A DNA stretch of 64,000 bases. Origin: an uncultured Mycoplasmatota bacterium. Its GTDB lineage: Bacteria > Bacillota_I > Bacilli_A > RF39 > UBA660. The DNA is taken from positions 177 through 64,176 of the forward strand of contig URYZ01000001.1 of assembly GCA_900552235.1 (NCBI GenBank). Reading direction: 5' to 3'. The notes beneath the pieces were generated by a model that saw only the letters and a program-made list of their open reading frames with translations, had not been told where the DNA came from and did not search any database. Both the position numbers and the translations under genes were made by a program. This document shows positions 49,941 through 60,710 of this stretch, in pieces (position 1 is the stretch's first letter; every line of letters begins with the position of its first letter).

Positions 49941-50936
49941 TTACATCATATCCTTAAATAATCCATATATATATTTTTCTATATCAAATGTTATTAAATC
50001 TTCTTCTTTTTCTCCAAGTCCTACATATTTAACAGGTAATCCTACTTCTTGTTTTATTGCAAGAACTATTCCCCCTTTAGCAGTTCCATCAAGTTTTGTT
50101 AAAACTATACCAGTTATTTTAATAAGTTTACTAAATTCTTTAGCTTGACTAATACCATTTTGACCTGTTGTTGCATCAATTACTAAAAGTGTTTCATGTG
50201 GAGCATCACTAATAAATGAAGAAATAACCCTGTTAATTTTTTCTAATTCATTCATTAAGTTAACCTTATTTTGAAGACGACCTGCAGTATCTATAAAAAC
50301 AACATCAACATCTTCATCAATAGCCATTTTTAACCCATCATAAACAACACTTGCAGGATCACTATTTTCTTTACCATAAAATTTACTACCTATTTTATCT
50401 GCCCATAACTTTAATTGCTCGTAAGCACCTGCTCTAAAGGTATCACCTGCGATTAAAAGTGTTTTTTTACCTTCCTTATTTAATTTAGAAGCAAGTTTAG
50501 CAATCGTAGTAGTTTTACCTACACCATTTACTCCTACAAAAAGAATAACTGTAGGTTTTTTACTAGCATAATTTATTTTACTTGATATAACTTCACCATT
50601 AACATAAATAATAAATAATTCATCAACAATTATCTCTTTTAAATAAGAAGTAGATGTAATATTTTCATGTTTAATTCTTTGTCTTAATCTATCCATAAAT
50701 TCCATAACTGTATTAACCCCAATATCAGCCATGATAAGTATTTCTTCTAGTTCATCTAAATATTCTTCAGTTACTTTACTATATTTATTTGTTAAATTAA
50801 CTAATTTAGACACAAAATTTTCTCTTGACTTAGTTAATCCTTGATTATATATTTTTATTTCATTTGAAGAAACATCATTTATTTCTTCTTTTTCATTCTT
50901 TCTAAATGTATTTTTTATTTTGTCAAATATTCCCAT
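49941..50936 (-). CDS. ftsY: Signal recognition particle receptor FtsY
   Basis: ILFVGVNGVGKTTTIAKLA...LLIAGDTFRAGA...VIDTAGRL are SRP GTPase motifs. Confidence 0.9.
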   Translation of the reverse strand: MGIFDKIKNTFRKNEKEEINDVSSNEIKIYNQGLTKSRENFVSKLVNLTNKYSKVTEEYLDELEEILIMADIGVNTVMEFMDRLRQRIKHENITSTSYLKEIIVDELFIIYVNGEVISSKINYASKKPTVILFVGVNGVGKTTTIAKLASKLNKEGKKTLLIAGDTFRAGAYEQLKLWADKIGSKFYGKENSDPASVVYDGLKMAIDEDVDVVFIDTAGRLQNKVNLMNELEKINRVISSFISDAPHETLLVIDATTGQNGISQAKEFSKLIKITGIVLTKLDGTAKGGIVLAIKQEVGLPVKYVGLGEKEEDLITFDIEKYIYGLFKDMM

Positions 50937-51113
50937 ATAAACTCATCCTTTCATATATAAGTATATCATAGATTTAAAAAAGAAAAAATTATATTTTATA
51001 AATTACCTTTATAAACGTGAATTTTAAATGAAAATTCACGATAAATTAATATATTCAAAGTTTTTCTTTCATAAAAAGAATATATATTATATAATTATAA
51101 TGTGAGGTGTAAT

Positions 51114-52304
51114 ATGAAACATATAGGAACAGTAGTAAGGGGTATTAAAACTCCTATTATAAGTAAGGATATGAATTTAAAAGAAGTTGTTGTAAATTCT
51201 TTAATTGATGCAAGTAATGAAGGCAATTTTACATTTAATGATAAGGATGTTGTTGCTATAACTGAATCAGTTGTAGCAAGATGTGAAAATAATTATGTTA
51301 ATATGGATGATATTTGTTATGATATTAAAAGAAAATTTCATACAAATCATATAGGACTTGTCTTACCTACTCCTGTTAGTAGAAATAGATTTTCTTTAAT
51401 TCTTAAAGGAATTGCAAGAGCTATGGATAAGATAACAATGTTATTAAGTTATCCTGATGATGAAGTCGGAAATTGTTTATTTGATCCAAATTTAATTTAT
51501 GAAAATAAATTAAACCCTTTTAGTGATGTTTTAAATGAAAAAGAATACAGATTTTACTTTAAAGATGCAACCCATATATTTACAGGTGTTGATTATATAA
51601 AATATTTTAGAGATGTATGTGAAAGTGAAAATTGTGAAATTGAATATGTATTTACAACTAATCCTCTTGAAATACTAAATTATACAAAAGATGTTTTAGT
51701 TTGTAATATTCATAATAGAAAAAGAACAAAGGAAATATTAAAAGAACATGGAGCATTAACAATCTATGGTACAGATGATATTTTAACAGAAAGTGTAAAT
51801 GGAAGTGGTTTTAATCCTAAATATGGTTTATTAGGTTCTAATATGGCTACAGATGATACTTTAAAATTATTCCCTAAAGATGGAGAAAAACTTGTTTATG
51901 AAATACAAAAAATGTTAAAAGAAAAGACAAATAAAAATATTGAAGTTATGGTTTATGGTGATGGTGCTTTTAAAGATCCTGTTGGTAAGATATGGGAACT
52001 TGCTGACCCTGTTGTTTCTCCTTTTTATACAAAAGGTTTAGAAGGAACACCAAATGAATTAAAACTTAAATATTTAGCTGATAATAAATATAGTTCATTA
52101 AATGATGAAGAACTAAACAATGCTTTAACTGAAGAAATTAAAAATAAAAATAAAAATTTAGTAGGAGAAAACGTATCTTTAGGTACTACTCCAAGAAGAT
52201 ATACTGACCTTCTTGGGTCTTTAGCAGATTTAACATCAGGTTCAGGAGATAAAGGTACACCAGTTGTTCTTATTCAACACTATTTTGATAATTATTCTGA
52301 CTAA
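51114..52304 (+). CDS. F420-0:gamma-glutamyl ligase (CofE)-family protein
   Basis: CofE-like segments are present (IGTVVRGIKTPIISKDMNL...DVVAITESVVAR and YGDGAFKDPVGKIWELADPVV). The assignment is tentative. Confidence 0.45.
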   Translation: MKHIGTVVRGIKTPIISKDMNLKEVVVNSLIDASNEGNFTFNDKDVVAITESVVARCENNYVNMDDICYDIKRKFHTNHIGLVLPTPVSRNRFSLILKGIARAMDKITMLLSYPDDEVGNCLFDPNLIYENKLNPFSDVLNEKEYRFYFKDATHIFTGVDYIKYFRDVCESENCEIEYVFTTNPLEILNYTKDVLVCNIHNRKRTKEILKEHGALTIYGTDDILTESVNGSGFNPKYGLLGSNMATDDTLKLFPKDGEKLVYEIQKMLKEKTNKNIEVMVYGDGAFKDPVGKIWELADPVVSPFYTKGLEGTPNELKLKYLADNKYSSLNDEELNNALTEEIKNKNKNLVGENVSLGTTPRRYTDLLGSLADLTSGSGDKGTPVVLIQHYFDNYSD

Positions 52305-52316
52305 TTTTAGATATAT

Positions 52317-52344
52317 AAAAGAGTTTTTAAAAGCTCTTTTATTT
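52317..52344 (+). terminator. Hairpin terminator after the CofE-like gene
   Basis: AAAAGAG-tttttaaaag-CTCTTTT-ATTT. Confidence 0.4.
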
Positions 52345-52587
52345 GATTTTAAATAAAAAACACCATTTTATACAAGAAAATATCATGTTTTATTTGACAA
52401 ATTCATATAATTTGTTATAATTATTACTGCATAGACAAAAGAAACAGCATTTATTTATAGACTTGTAATGTGTTTTTTAAATTATTAGTAACTTTGCTGT
52501 TAAGCGAAAATATTAAAGAAAAACTCCCTATAAGTTATATGAATAACATTTCGATTGTTATGTAATAAATCGAAAGGAGAAAAATTT

Positions 52588-53190
52588 ATGTCAAGATATA
52601 CAGGTTCTAGTTACAAACAAGCTCGTCGTACTAATTTTTCATTACTTGAAAATGGTAAAGAACTTGCACGTCGTCCTTATGGACCAGGTCAACATGGAAA
52701 TGATCGTAAAAAAAGACAATCTACATATGGTGAACAATTAAAAGAAAAAAATAAAGTTCGTTTTATGTATGGTCTTAACGAAAGACAATTCCATAAAACT
52801 TTCGTTGAAGCTGGTAAATTATCTGGTGTTCATGGTACAAACTTCTTAGTTTTACTTGAATCAAGACTTGATAATTTAGTTTATCGTTTAGGATTTGCTC
52901 CAACAAGACGTGCTGCAAGACAACTTGTTAATCATGGTCATATTACTGTTAATGGTAATAAAGTAGATATTCCTTCTTACAGAGTTAAAGTTGGATCTAC
53001 TATTGCTATTAAAGAAAGTGATAAAGATTTAAAAGTTGTTAAAGATTCATTAGAAAAAGTTTTAAAAAGAGTTGAATATGTAACATTTAACGATAAAGAT
53101 CTTTCTGGTGTTTATGTTAGAACTCCTGATAGAAGTGAACTTAACCCAGAAATTAACGAAGCATTAATCGTTGAATTCTATAACAGATAA
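52588..53190 (+). CDS. rpsD: 30S ribosomal protein S4
   Basis: MSRYTGSSYKQARRTNFSLLENGKELARRPYGPGQHG... is canonical. AGGAG lies upstream of ATG 52588. The leader contains a hairpin, TTTCGATT...AATCGAAA, next to the RBS. Confidence 0.95.
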   Translation: MSRYTGSSYKQARRTNFSLLENGKELARRPYGPGQHGNDRKKRQSTYGEQLKEKNKVRFMYGLNERQFHKTFVEAGKLSGVHGTNFLVLLESRLDNLVYRLGFAPTRRAARQLVNHGHITVNGNKVDIPSYRVKVGSTIAIKESDKDLKVVKDSLEKVLKRVEYVTFNDKDLSGVYVRTPDRSELNPEINEALIVEFYNR

Positions 53191-53235
53191 TAAAAATAAA
53201 AAAATCACAATTTCAAATTGTGGTTTTTTTATTAT

Positions 53236-53877
53236 CTAATACATTTTTATTACTTCTAATTTTTTAGCATTATCTTTATTATGAACCATAACTACAGTTA
53301 CTTCTTTGGGATAACCTAAATCTTTTTCATAAGCAACAGTAACAACAGCTTTATATGCTTTAGAATCAGTAATATCTTTATACTTATAAGTTGTTGTATT
53401 TATGCTTTTTATATCAACACTTGATACAACTGGTAATACTTGTGTACGGTCATTATATACATTAAGTTCAATATATTTATAAACTGTTTCACTAGCTTCA
53501 AAAATAAAATTATTTCTATAATCTTCTTTTATAAATTGAACTCCACCGATATCATTTTTAGAAACTTTATTATCTAAATTATAAAAGTCTGCCACCAACA
53601 TTTTAGCAACAAGTGAAGCATATTTTTCTTCATCTACTTCTTCTTTATTTAATGTTTTCTTTAATTCTGCAAACATTTCCTTATCTAATTTAGTAGCATC
53701 TTTTTCTAATGAATATCCATAATCATCAAGTTTATCAACTATTTCAGGTTTAACTACTTCTTTTCCTTTATCAAAGAATCTTTTATAACCTAATATACCT
53801 ACTCCTACTAATATAATTACTACTGCTACGATAAATACAATTCTAAATAATCTTTTAGCACCTTTTTTTACTTTCAT
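53236..53877 (-). CDS. Hypothetical signal-anchored protein
   Basis: It has an N-terminal TM helix. No family was recognised. Confidence 0.3.
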   Translation of the reverse strand: MKVKKGAKRLFRIVFIVAVVIILVGVGILGYKRFFDKGKEVVKPEIVDKLDDYGYSLEKDATKLDKEMFAELKKTLNKEEVDEEKYASLVAKMLVADFYNLDNKVSKNDIGGVQFIKEDYRNNFIFEASETVYKYIELNVYNDRTQVLPVVSSVDIKSINTTTYKYKDITDSKAYKAVVTVAYEKDLGYPKEVTVVMVHNKDNAKKLEVIKMY

Positions 53878-55865
53878 TCTTTTTCAAACCTCTCTTCCGA
53901 CAATTCCTTTCTAAAATAATTATACACTATTATGTCATTTGATACATCTAAAATTTCTTTTGCATATTCTTTACAATTTTCAATATAGTTTTCTTCAATT
54001 GGAACATCTTTTAATAATTTATATTCATTTTTAAGTTCACTATAGTAAACTTTATCTGTAACAAAGTTTCCGTTTGGAAATACTACAATATTATTTTCTT
54101 TATTAAGCAAATCATTTCCTAAAGAATATTTATTATGAATACCAAGTAAATTCATAATTGTAGGTCCTACATCAACCATACCACCTACTGTAGTTATTTC
54201 ACCACTTAAACTTGTTTTAAACTTTTCATCATTTGACCATATAATAAATGGTACTTTTTTATTTAATTCATAAAAATAATAATCTATATTAATGTAGGTT
54301 TCATCTGAAGAACTTTTAACATCATTAGTTCTATAATCATAATTATAAAATCTATCCCACTCACTTTTAGATATTCTAGCATCATGATCGCCATATATTA
54401 CAATAACTGTATCATCAAGCATATTTTCTTTTTCTAACTCTTCAATTAAAAGACCAATCTGTTCATCAGCATAATGAACTGATTTAAAATAATTACCAAG
54501 TTTAGTATTTTCCATATAGTCATATTTCACACCATCAACAGTCATACTAACATCATAATAACCATATTTATCAGTATCTTCAAATGGTGTATGATTACTT
54601 AAGGTAATTAAAGTTGCATAAAACTTTCCTTTTTCTTCTTTTAACTGTTTTAATTTTTGAACTGACTGAAGAACAAATGACCTATCAGAAAGTCCAAACC
54701 CTATTGTTTCATCTATTTCATAGGAATCTCTATCATAAAAATAATCATAACCAAGCTTAGTATACATTTTATTTCTATTCCAAAAATTTCCTACATTAGC
54801 ATGCATACTTACAGTTGTATAACCTTCTTCTTTTAAAAGATTATACATACTTACATACTCTCTATCAGCATAATTTATAAATACCGTTCCAACCTTACTT
54901 GGAAGAAGTCCCGTTGCTACGCTGAATTCAGTATCACTACTTGTTCCCCCACTTACTTGCGAATAAAAATTACTAAAATATACTCCATCTTTGGCAAGCT
55001 TATTTAAATTAGGGGTTACATCTATTCCATTAAAACTAATATCCATATTAACTTGTTGCATACTTTCAGCATGAATAGCTATAACATTTTTACCTTCAAA
55101 AAACTTTGTATATTCATTATAATAATTATTATCCTTTTTATTATCATAATAATCATTTATTTCTTTTCTAGCTTTATCGCTTCCAAATAAACTAGCCATT
55201 GAAGGTTCAATACATTTTAAAACATCACTAATTTGATATGTATAAATACCAAAACTATTAACAATATACTCCCTATTCCATTGCATTACAAGTCTTGCAT
55301 ACGAAACATATTCTAAACTACAAACAGAAACAATAAGTGCTATTAAAGCCCATTTTAAAGTAAATTTAAAACTTTCCTTACCATATTTTTCTTTAACATT
55401 ACCATTTTTTTTCTTATTTACAATATATAAGCATATTGGTAACCAAATAAAGATAAAATATTCTAATCTTAATAAATTACCTACAACATCAGCATCTCCT
55501 GTTTCTGTGTTTGTAAAAGCAAATGATAGAAATGTAACAGAAATAAAACTACTATAATAACTATAATATATCGAATTTGCTATACAAATAATCGTAGATA
55601 TAATAGAAAGAATAAATAAATATTTAAATCTATTTTTTTCTTTTATTAAAAAATATACGCTAGCAAAAAGTAAAGTAACAAATAAGTCTACTGCAAAAGG
55701 TGCAATTCTATAAAATTTTCCTACAGTAAATGCTCTTAAAAGTATATCATTTAATAAGGTACCAACAATAAAAATGAATAATAAAGGATTATCTTTAATT
55801 ATTTTCTTAGTTTGTTTTAAAAATTTAATTATACTTTCCTTAAACTTTTTTATTTTTGTTTTCAT
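53874..55865 (-). CDS. LtaS-family polyglycerolphosphate synthase / phosphoglycerol transferase (sulfatase superfamily)
   Basis: It has 5 N-terminal TM helices plus an extracellular sulfatase-like domain (VIAIHAESMQQ...YSQVSGGTSSDTEFSVATGLLP). Confidence 0.8.
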   Translation of the reverse strand: MKTKIKKFKESIIKFLKQTKKIIKDNPLLFIFIVGTLLNDILLRAFTVGKFYRIAPFAVDLFVTLLFASVYFLIKEKNRFKYLFILSIISTIICIANSIYYSYYSSFISVTFLSFAFTNTETGDADVVGNLLRLEYFIFIWLPICLYIVNKKKNGNVKEKYGKESFKFTLKWALIALIVSVCSLEYVSYARLVMQWNREYIVNSFGIYTYQISDVLKCIEPSMASLFGSDKARKEINDYYDNKKDNNYYNEYTKFFEGKNVIAIHAESMQQVNMDISFNGIDVTPNLNKLAKDGVYFSNFYSQVSGGTSSDTEFSVATGLLPSKVGTVFINYADREYVSMYNLLKEEGYTTVSMHANVGNFWNRNKMYTKLGYDYFYDRDSYEIDETIGFGLSDRSFVLQSVQKLKQLKEEKGKFYATLITLSNHTPFEDTDKYGYYDVSMTVDGVKYDYMENTKLGNYFKSVHYADEQIGLLIEELEKENMLDDTVIVIYGDHDARISKSEWDRFYNYDYRTNDVKSSSDETYINIDYYFYELNKKVPFIIWSNDEKFKTSLSGEITTVGGMVDVGPTIMNLLGIHNKYSLGNDLLNKENNIVVFPNGNFVTDKVYYSELKNEYKLLKDVPIEENYIENCKEYAKEILDVSNDIIVYNYFRKELSEERFEKE

Positions 55866-55879
55866 TTTTTCACTTCCAA

Positions 55880-56677
55880 CTATTTTTTATAATAAGCATT
55901 AATATTTATAGCCATTCCCATTACAAAAAGATATGCAAGTAAATATATCCAAAGAAGTAATATAAGAATGTTAGCAAAATTACCATATAATAAAGTATAA
56001 TTTGCTATTTTTGTTATGTAAAAGCTAAAAATCGAAGTTGCAATAATCCAAGTAATACTACAAAATAAGGCACCCTTTGTTGCTTTTTTTGTTTCTATCT
56101 TAGAATTAGGAGCAATTGTATATAATGCTTTTACACTTATATATATAAATATAAATGATATTAAAAATTTAATTATATCATACACAAATTTATACTTAGA
56201 AAACATAAATGATGAATTAAATAAATCAAGTATAAATTTTATTATTGTTTCTCCAAATATTGGTATTATTATCATAAAGATAAATAATATAATCATAAAT
56301 ATTGTCATTACAAATGATTTTATATATAAATCAATCGTACTAGGTTGTTCTAATTTATATAATTCATTTGACGCAATACAAATTGATCTTGGTCCATTTG
56401 ACGCTAAAACTAAGTAACAAACAAGTAAAAACGTAAATGGTACATTAGAAATATTTATATTTACAAGAGGCAATATCAGTTTTGATAAAGCCTCAGGTAA
56501 AGTTTTAGATATTGTTTCTATTAAATTGAAATCAATAGTCAAACGAGAAACAAGAAGAAATACTAACATAATAATAGGTATTATTGACATAAGAAAGTAA
56601 AAAGCAAGTTGACCTGGTAAAATACGAAGTTCTGGTGTTTTTAATACTTCCATAAATCTTTTTAATATTTTCTTCAT
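55880..56677 (-). CDS. YihY/BrkB-family membrane protein
   Basis: LRILPGQLAFYFLMSIIPIIMLV..., with 6 TM helices. Confidence 0.7.
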   Translation of the reverse strand: MKKILKRFMEVLKTPELRILPGQLAFYFLMSIIPIIMLVFLLVSRLTIDFNLIETISKTLPEALSKLILPLVNINISNVPFTFLLVCYLVLASNGPRSICIASNELYKLEQPSTIDLYIKSFVMTIFMIILFIFMIIIPIFGETIIKFILDLFNSSFMFSKYKFVYDIIKFLISFIFIYISVKALYTIAPNSKIETKKATKGALFCSITWIIATSIFSFYITKIANYTLLYGNFANILILLLWIYLLAYLFVMGMAININAYYKK

Positions 56678-56694
56678 TTTTTATGTTTCTCCTT

Positions 56695-58746
56695 TTATTT
56701 ATAGTTTTCCTTATCTTTTCGCATTTCAATAGTTGCTTCATTTATTGCATCATCAATTGTTTTTATTTCATCTTCAATCATACTATAACCTATCGCAGCT
56801 CCAAAATTATAAGGTAATTTTTCAAATTCTTTAGATAACTTAGATATATAAGTAGATATTTGACTCTTACTATAACCAATTAAATATATTAAGAATTCAT
56901 TTCCATCAGTTCTTATAATTTCACTTTTTTCTAGTTGAGTATTAATTAATATAGCACCAGCCTTTTTAATTAAATTATTTCCTTCTTCATGTCCATAATT
57001 ATCATTAACATATTTTAAATTATTTAAATCTATCATTATAATAGTTCTTGGATATACTTTAGTATCATCCCATTTTTCAATATTAGCATTTAAATAATTT
57101 CTATTTTTTAAATTAGTTAACATATCATTATATTTTAAGAATTCTTCTTTTCTTGTTATCTTTAACTTTCTTGTTCCTTTTAAAACCACTATACTAAATA
57201 AACTTATTATAATTGGAACAAGTATAATAGCAAGTATTATTATATATAATCCTCTTAAATTACTATCATCTGTTGTTGTTACAATAACATTACTTAAACC
57301 AATATTTTTATATTCTTTATTATCTGTATTATTTAAAATAAAGTTAAATAAATTATATAATACTTCATCATTATTTTTTATAACAAAGTGATAATTTCCT
57401 TCAAAAGAATCACTAAATAAATATTTATAGTTTTTAAGCTCATTTTCTTTTAAATATAAATAATCATTTTCATCTAAGACCATTATTCCATCTGGATCTA
57501 TATTAGATGTATATGATTTTATTTCTTTAATACTAGCATTTATATTATTTTTAATATACTCATATAATAAATCATCACTTTTTAAATATAATTTATTATT
57601 TATCAAACCATTTTTATTATCAATATTTTTATAATTCTTACTAATAGCAACAAATCTTTCAATAAAAGGACTTGATGTTTTCTTATAAGCATCATTTTCA
57701 TAATTAAAATTAACAAAAGCAATATCAACTTTATTGTTACTTATCGCATCTTTTAAAGCTTGTTTATCTTTATATTCAACAAACTCAATATCCATATTTG
57801 TCATATTTATTAAAGTATTAATATATTCACCACTTATACCATATAAGTCTTTATTTCTAACAAAGTTATATGCTGAATCTTTAACATAACCATATTTATA
57901 CACTTTACTAGTTAAAGTTGATTTTTCAAGTGATGTTATATTTCCACTTTCTTCATAATAAGTCATTAAAGATGATTCCAAATCTTTTCTATATCTATCA
58001 TTTAACCATATTTCTAATAATTTACTAACAATAGTATTTAATTTTTCATCATTACCCATTCTTAAAACTATTTTATTAGATAAATTATTTAAATAATAAT
58101 TAATGTAAGTATCACTTGTTTTAACAATTGAATCAAAGTTAGCATATCTAGGAACAATTATATAATTAATACTTCCTTGTTTTAACATTGAAATAAGTGC
58201 ATCATAATTAGCTCCTGTTTTGATAGTTACTCTTGATTCTTTAAAATATGAACTAACAACATCATTATCATTAGATAAAACCCCAACAATTGTATTATTT
58301 AAGAACTTTTCATCATTATAAGATGAAGAAGTTTTGCCTATTACAACATAAGCATCTTCTAAAATTAACATATCGTTTTCTTTAATTGTAGCATTATTCT
58401 TTAATGTTGCAATTGACAAAATATTTTCATTTTTTTCTTCATAATTAGGATAATCATATGATATTTTATTAAACTTTAAAGATGTTGTTCTTTCTAAATA
58501 ATCAAGTAAATTAAAGATAACACCCTTACCATTATTAGATATTATCCCCAAATTATTAGGAACTTCGATATCAATTAATGTTTCTTTATTATTTTCAATC
58601 CATTGTTTTTCAAGAATTGTTAAACTATTTTCTTCATCTTCACTTGTTAAAAAATAATATATTCCAAGTCCAACGATAAGTAAGACAAAAAGAACAACTA
58701 GTAATCTTACTATTTTTTTAGGACTTTTTTTCTTAGTTTTTTTCAT
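56695..58746 (-). CDS. Membrane sensor protein with extracytoplasmic ligand-binding domains and a degenerate GGDEF domain (DGNEF)
   Basis: In the C-terminal GGDEF fold, the RxGGDEF site reads RTDGNEF, so it is probably non-catalytic. There is an N-terminal TM helix plus two solute-binding-like domains. Confidence 0.55.
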   Translation of the reverse strand: MKKTKKKSPKKIVRLLVVLFVLLIVGLGIYYFLTSEDEENSLTILEKQWIENNKETLIDIEVPNNLGIISNNGKGVIFNLLDYLERTTSLKFNKISYDYPNYEEKNENILSIATLKNNATIKENDMLILEDAYVVIGKTSSSYNDEKFLNNTIVGVLSNDNDVVSSYFKESRVTIKTGANYDALISMLKQGSINYIIVPRYANFDSIVKTSDTYINYYLNNLSNKIVLRMGNDEKLNTIVSKLLEIWLNDRYRKDLESSLMTYYEESGNITSLEKSTLTSKVYKYGYVKDSAYNFVRNKDLYGISGEYINTLINMTNMDIEFVEYKDKQALKDAISNNKVDIAFVNFNYENDAYKKTSSPFIERFVAISKNYKNIDNKNGLINNKLYLKSDDLLYEYIKNNINASIKEIKSYTSNIDPDGIMVLDENDYLYLKENELKNYKYLFSDSFEGNYHFVIKNNDEVLYNLFNFILNNTDNKEYKNIGLSNVIVTTTDDSNLRGLYIIILAIILVPIIISLFSIVVLKGTRKLKITRKEEFLKYNDMLTNLKNRNYLNANIEKWDDTKVYPRTIIMIDLNNLKYVNDNYGHEEGNNLIKKAGAILINTQLEKSEIIRTDGNEFLIYLIGYSKSQISTYISKLSKEFEKLPYNFGAAIGYSMIEDEIKTIDDAINEATIEMRKDKENYK

Positions 58747-58749
58747 GTA

Positions 58750-59235
58750 TTACTCCTTATTAGTACTTTCTTTTCCAATAGAATATGTAAAATCACTAGC
58801 AGTTTTATTCTTATATCCTATTATAGAGTTTTCTTTATAATCTTCTTTTTCACTTTTTACAAATAATTGATAATCAAAATAATTTATTTGTTCTTTAGTA
58901 GAATTATCTAAAATTATTTTAGCAAACTTACTTGCATCTTCTTTTTTAGGTTTCTCACTAACAGTAACAATAACATTAATTATTTTACCATTTTCATTAA
59001 TTTCAGCATTAACAACCTTTTCTTCTTTAATCTTTTCTGCAATTACATTTAAACTATCTTTTGTGTAATTTACTTCTTCAATACCATCTAACCTATTTCC
59101 ATAAATTGGTGTACCTGTATTTGGAAATAATAATTTGTATAAAAGAAAACCCACGATAATTAAGACAATAAATATTCCAATTGCTAAACAAGAATATTTA
59201 TTATTTTTTAACGTTTTTTTTATATCCATAATCAA
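58750..59235 (-). CDS. Hypothetical signal-anchored protein
   Basis: It has an N-terminal TM helix. No family was recognised. Confidence 0.3.
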   Translation of the reverse strand: MIMDIKKTLKNNKYSCLAIGIFIVLIIVGFLLYKLLFPNTGTPIYGNRLDGIEEVNYTKDSLNVIAEKIKEEKVVNAEINENGKIINVIVTVSEKPKKEDASKFAKIILDNSTKEQINYFDYQLFVKSEKEDYKENSIIGYKNKTASDFTYSIGKESTNKE

Positions 59236-59282
59236 TCACTCCTTATTTTATGTAATTATTATACATTATTATTAAATAATAA

Positions 59283-60710
59283 TCAATTTACATCCTTTGA
59301 CAGTAAATCAAGTAACATATCATTAACTATTTTAGGATTAGCACTGCCCTTTGTTTCTTTCATAATCATTCCCATAAGAAATTTTAAGGCATTTTGTTTT
59401 CCTGATTTATAATCATTAACTGATGTTTCATTTTCTTCTAATACTTTTTTTATAATTTCTTCTAGTTTACTTGTATCAGACATTAATGATATATTTTTTT
59501 CTTTTAATATTTCTTCAACACTTAAATTACTTGTTAATAATTCTTCTAGTATATCTTTAAATATTTTAGAAGATATGCTACCTTTACTTAACATATTTAC
59601 AATGTTTACAAAGTTTTTATCTAATTTAGTATCATAAATAGACATATTATTTTTATTTAAATAACTTGTTATATCACCAAGTAATATATTACTAGCTATT
59701 TTAAAATCAATATCAAAATCTATATATTTATTTAAATAATCAGATAAAGATTTATTAGCGATTAGTTTTTCTATATTAATATCACTTATATTTTTACTTT
59801 TATAAATATTTCTTCTTTCATTAGGTAAAAGTTTTATACTTTCTTTAACTTCATTTATATAAGAATCTTCTAAATATAAATATGGAATATCAGGTTCAGG
59901 AAAATATCTATAATCATTTCCAACTTCTTTCTTACGCATAAGAATAGTTGAAGATGTTTTAGCATCAAATCTTCTTGTTTCTTCTTCAATTTTTACACCT
60001 TTTTCAAGAAGATCTATTTGACGGTTTATTTCATAATCAATCGCTGTTTTAACACTTGAAATTGAACCAATATTTTTAACTTCACACTTTGTTCCAAGTT
60101 TATTATCTTTGCTAACTGATACATTAACATCCGCTCTCATTGAACCTTCTTCTATTTTACAGTCACTAACTCCTAAATAAAATAAAGTTTCTTTTAATTC
60201 TTCAAGGTACTTAACAGCTTCATCTCCATTTGAAATACATGGTTTTGTTACTATTTCAATTAATGGAACACCTGCTCTATTATAATTTAAAAGCGTTTTA
60301 TTATTTATATGAATACTTTTACAAGTATCTTCTTCCATATGTATTCTTTCTATTTCTATTTTTTTAACACCATCATTTGTATTTATTAAAACATAACCAT
60401 CATAACCAATCGGAGTTTTATTTTGTGTTATTTGATAACCTTTTGGTAAATCAGGATAATAATAATTTTTACGATCAAAATGCATTTTTTTATTAATTAA
60501 ACAATTTAATGCTAAAGATGCCTTTAATGCTTTTTCAACCACTTCACTATTAACTGTAGGTAAAACACCAGGATATGCTAAATCTATTTCATTTATATTA
60601 ACATTAACACATTCATCGTAACTGTTTTTACTAGGACTAAATATCTTAGTATTTGTTTTAAGTTCAACATGAACTTCAATTCCTATCGTAGGTACATAAC
60701 TATTTTTCAT
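59283..60710 (-). CDS. gatB: Asp-tRNA(Asn)/Glu-tRNA(Gln) amidotransferase subunit B
   Basis: PTIGIEVHVELKTNTKIFSP... is canonical. Confidence 0.95.
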   Translation of the reverse strand: MKNSYVPTIGIEVHVELKTNTKIFSPSKNSYDECVNVNINEIDLAYPGVLPTVNSEVVEKALKASLALNCLINKKMHFDRKNYYYPDLPKGYQITQNKTPIGYDGYVLINTNDGVKKIEIERIHMEEDTCKSIHINNKTLLNYNRAGVPLIEIVTKPCISNGDEAVKYLEELKETLFYLGVSDCKIEEGSMRADVNVSVSKDNKLGTKCEVKNIGSISSVKTAIDYEINRQIDLLEKGVKIEEETRRFDAKTSSTILMRKKEVGNDYRYFPEPDIPYLYLEDSYINEVKESIKLLPNERRNIYKSKNISDINIEKLIANKSLSDYLNKYIDFDIDFKIASNILLGDITSYLNKNNMSIYDTKLDKNFVNIVNMLSKGSISSKIFKDILEELLTSNLSVEEILKEKNISLMSDTSKLEEIIKKVLEENETSVNDYKSGKQNALKFLMGMIMKETKGSANPKIVNDMLLDLLSKDVN

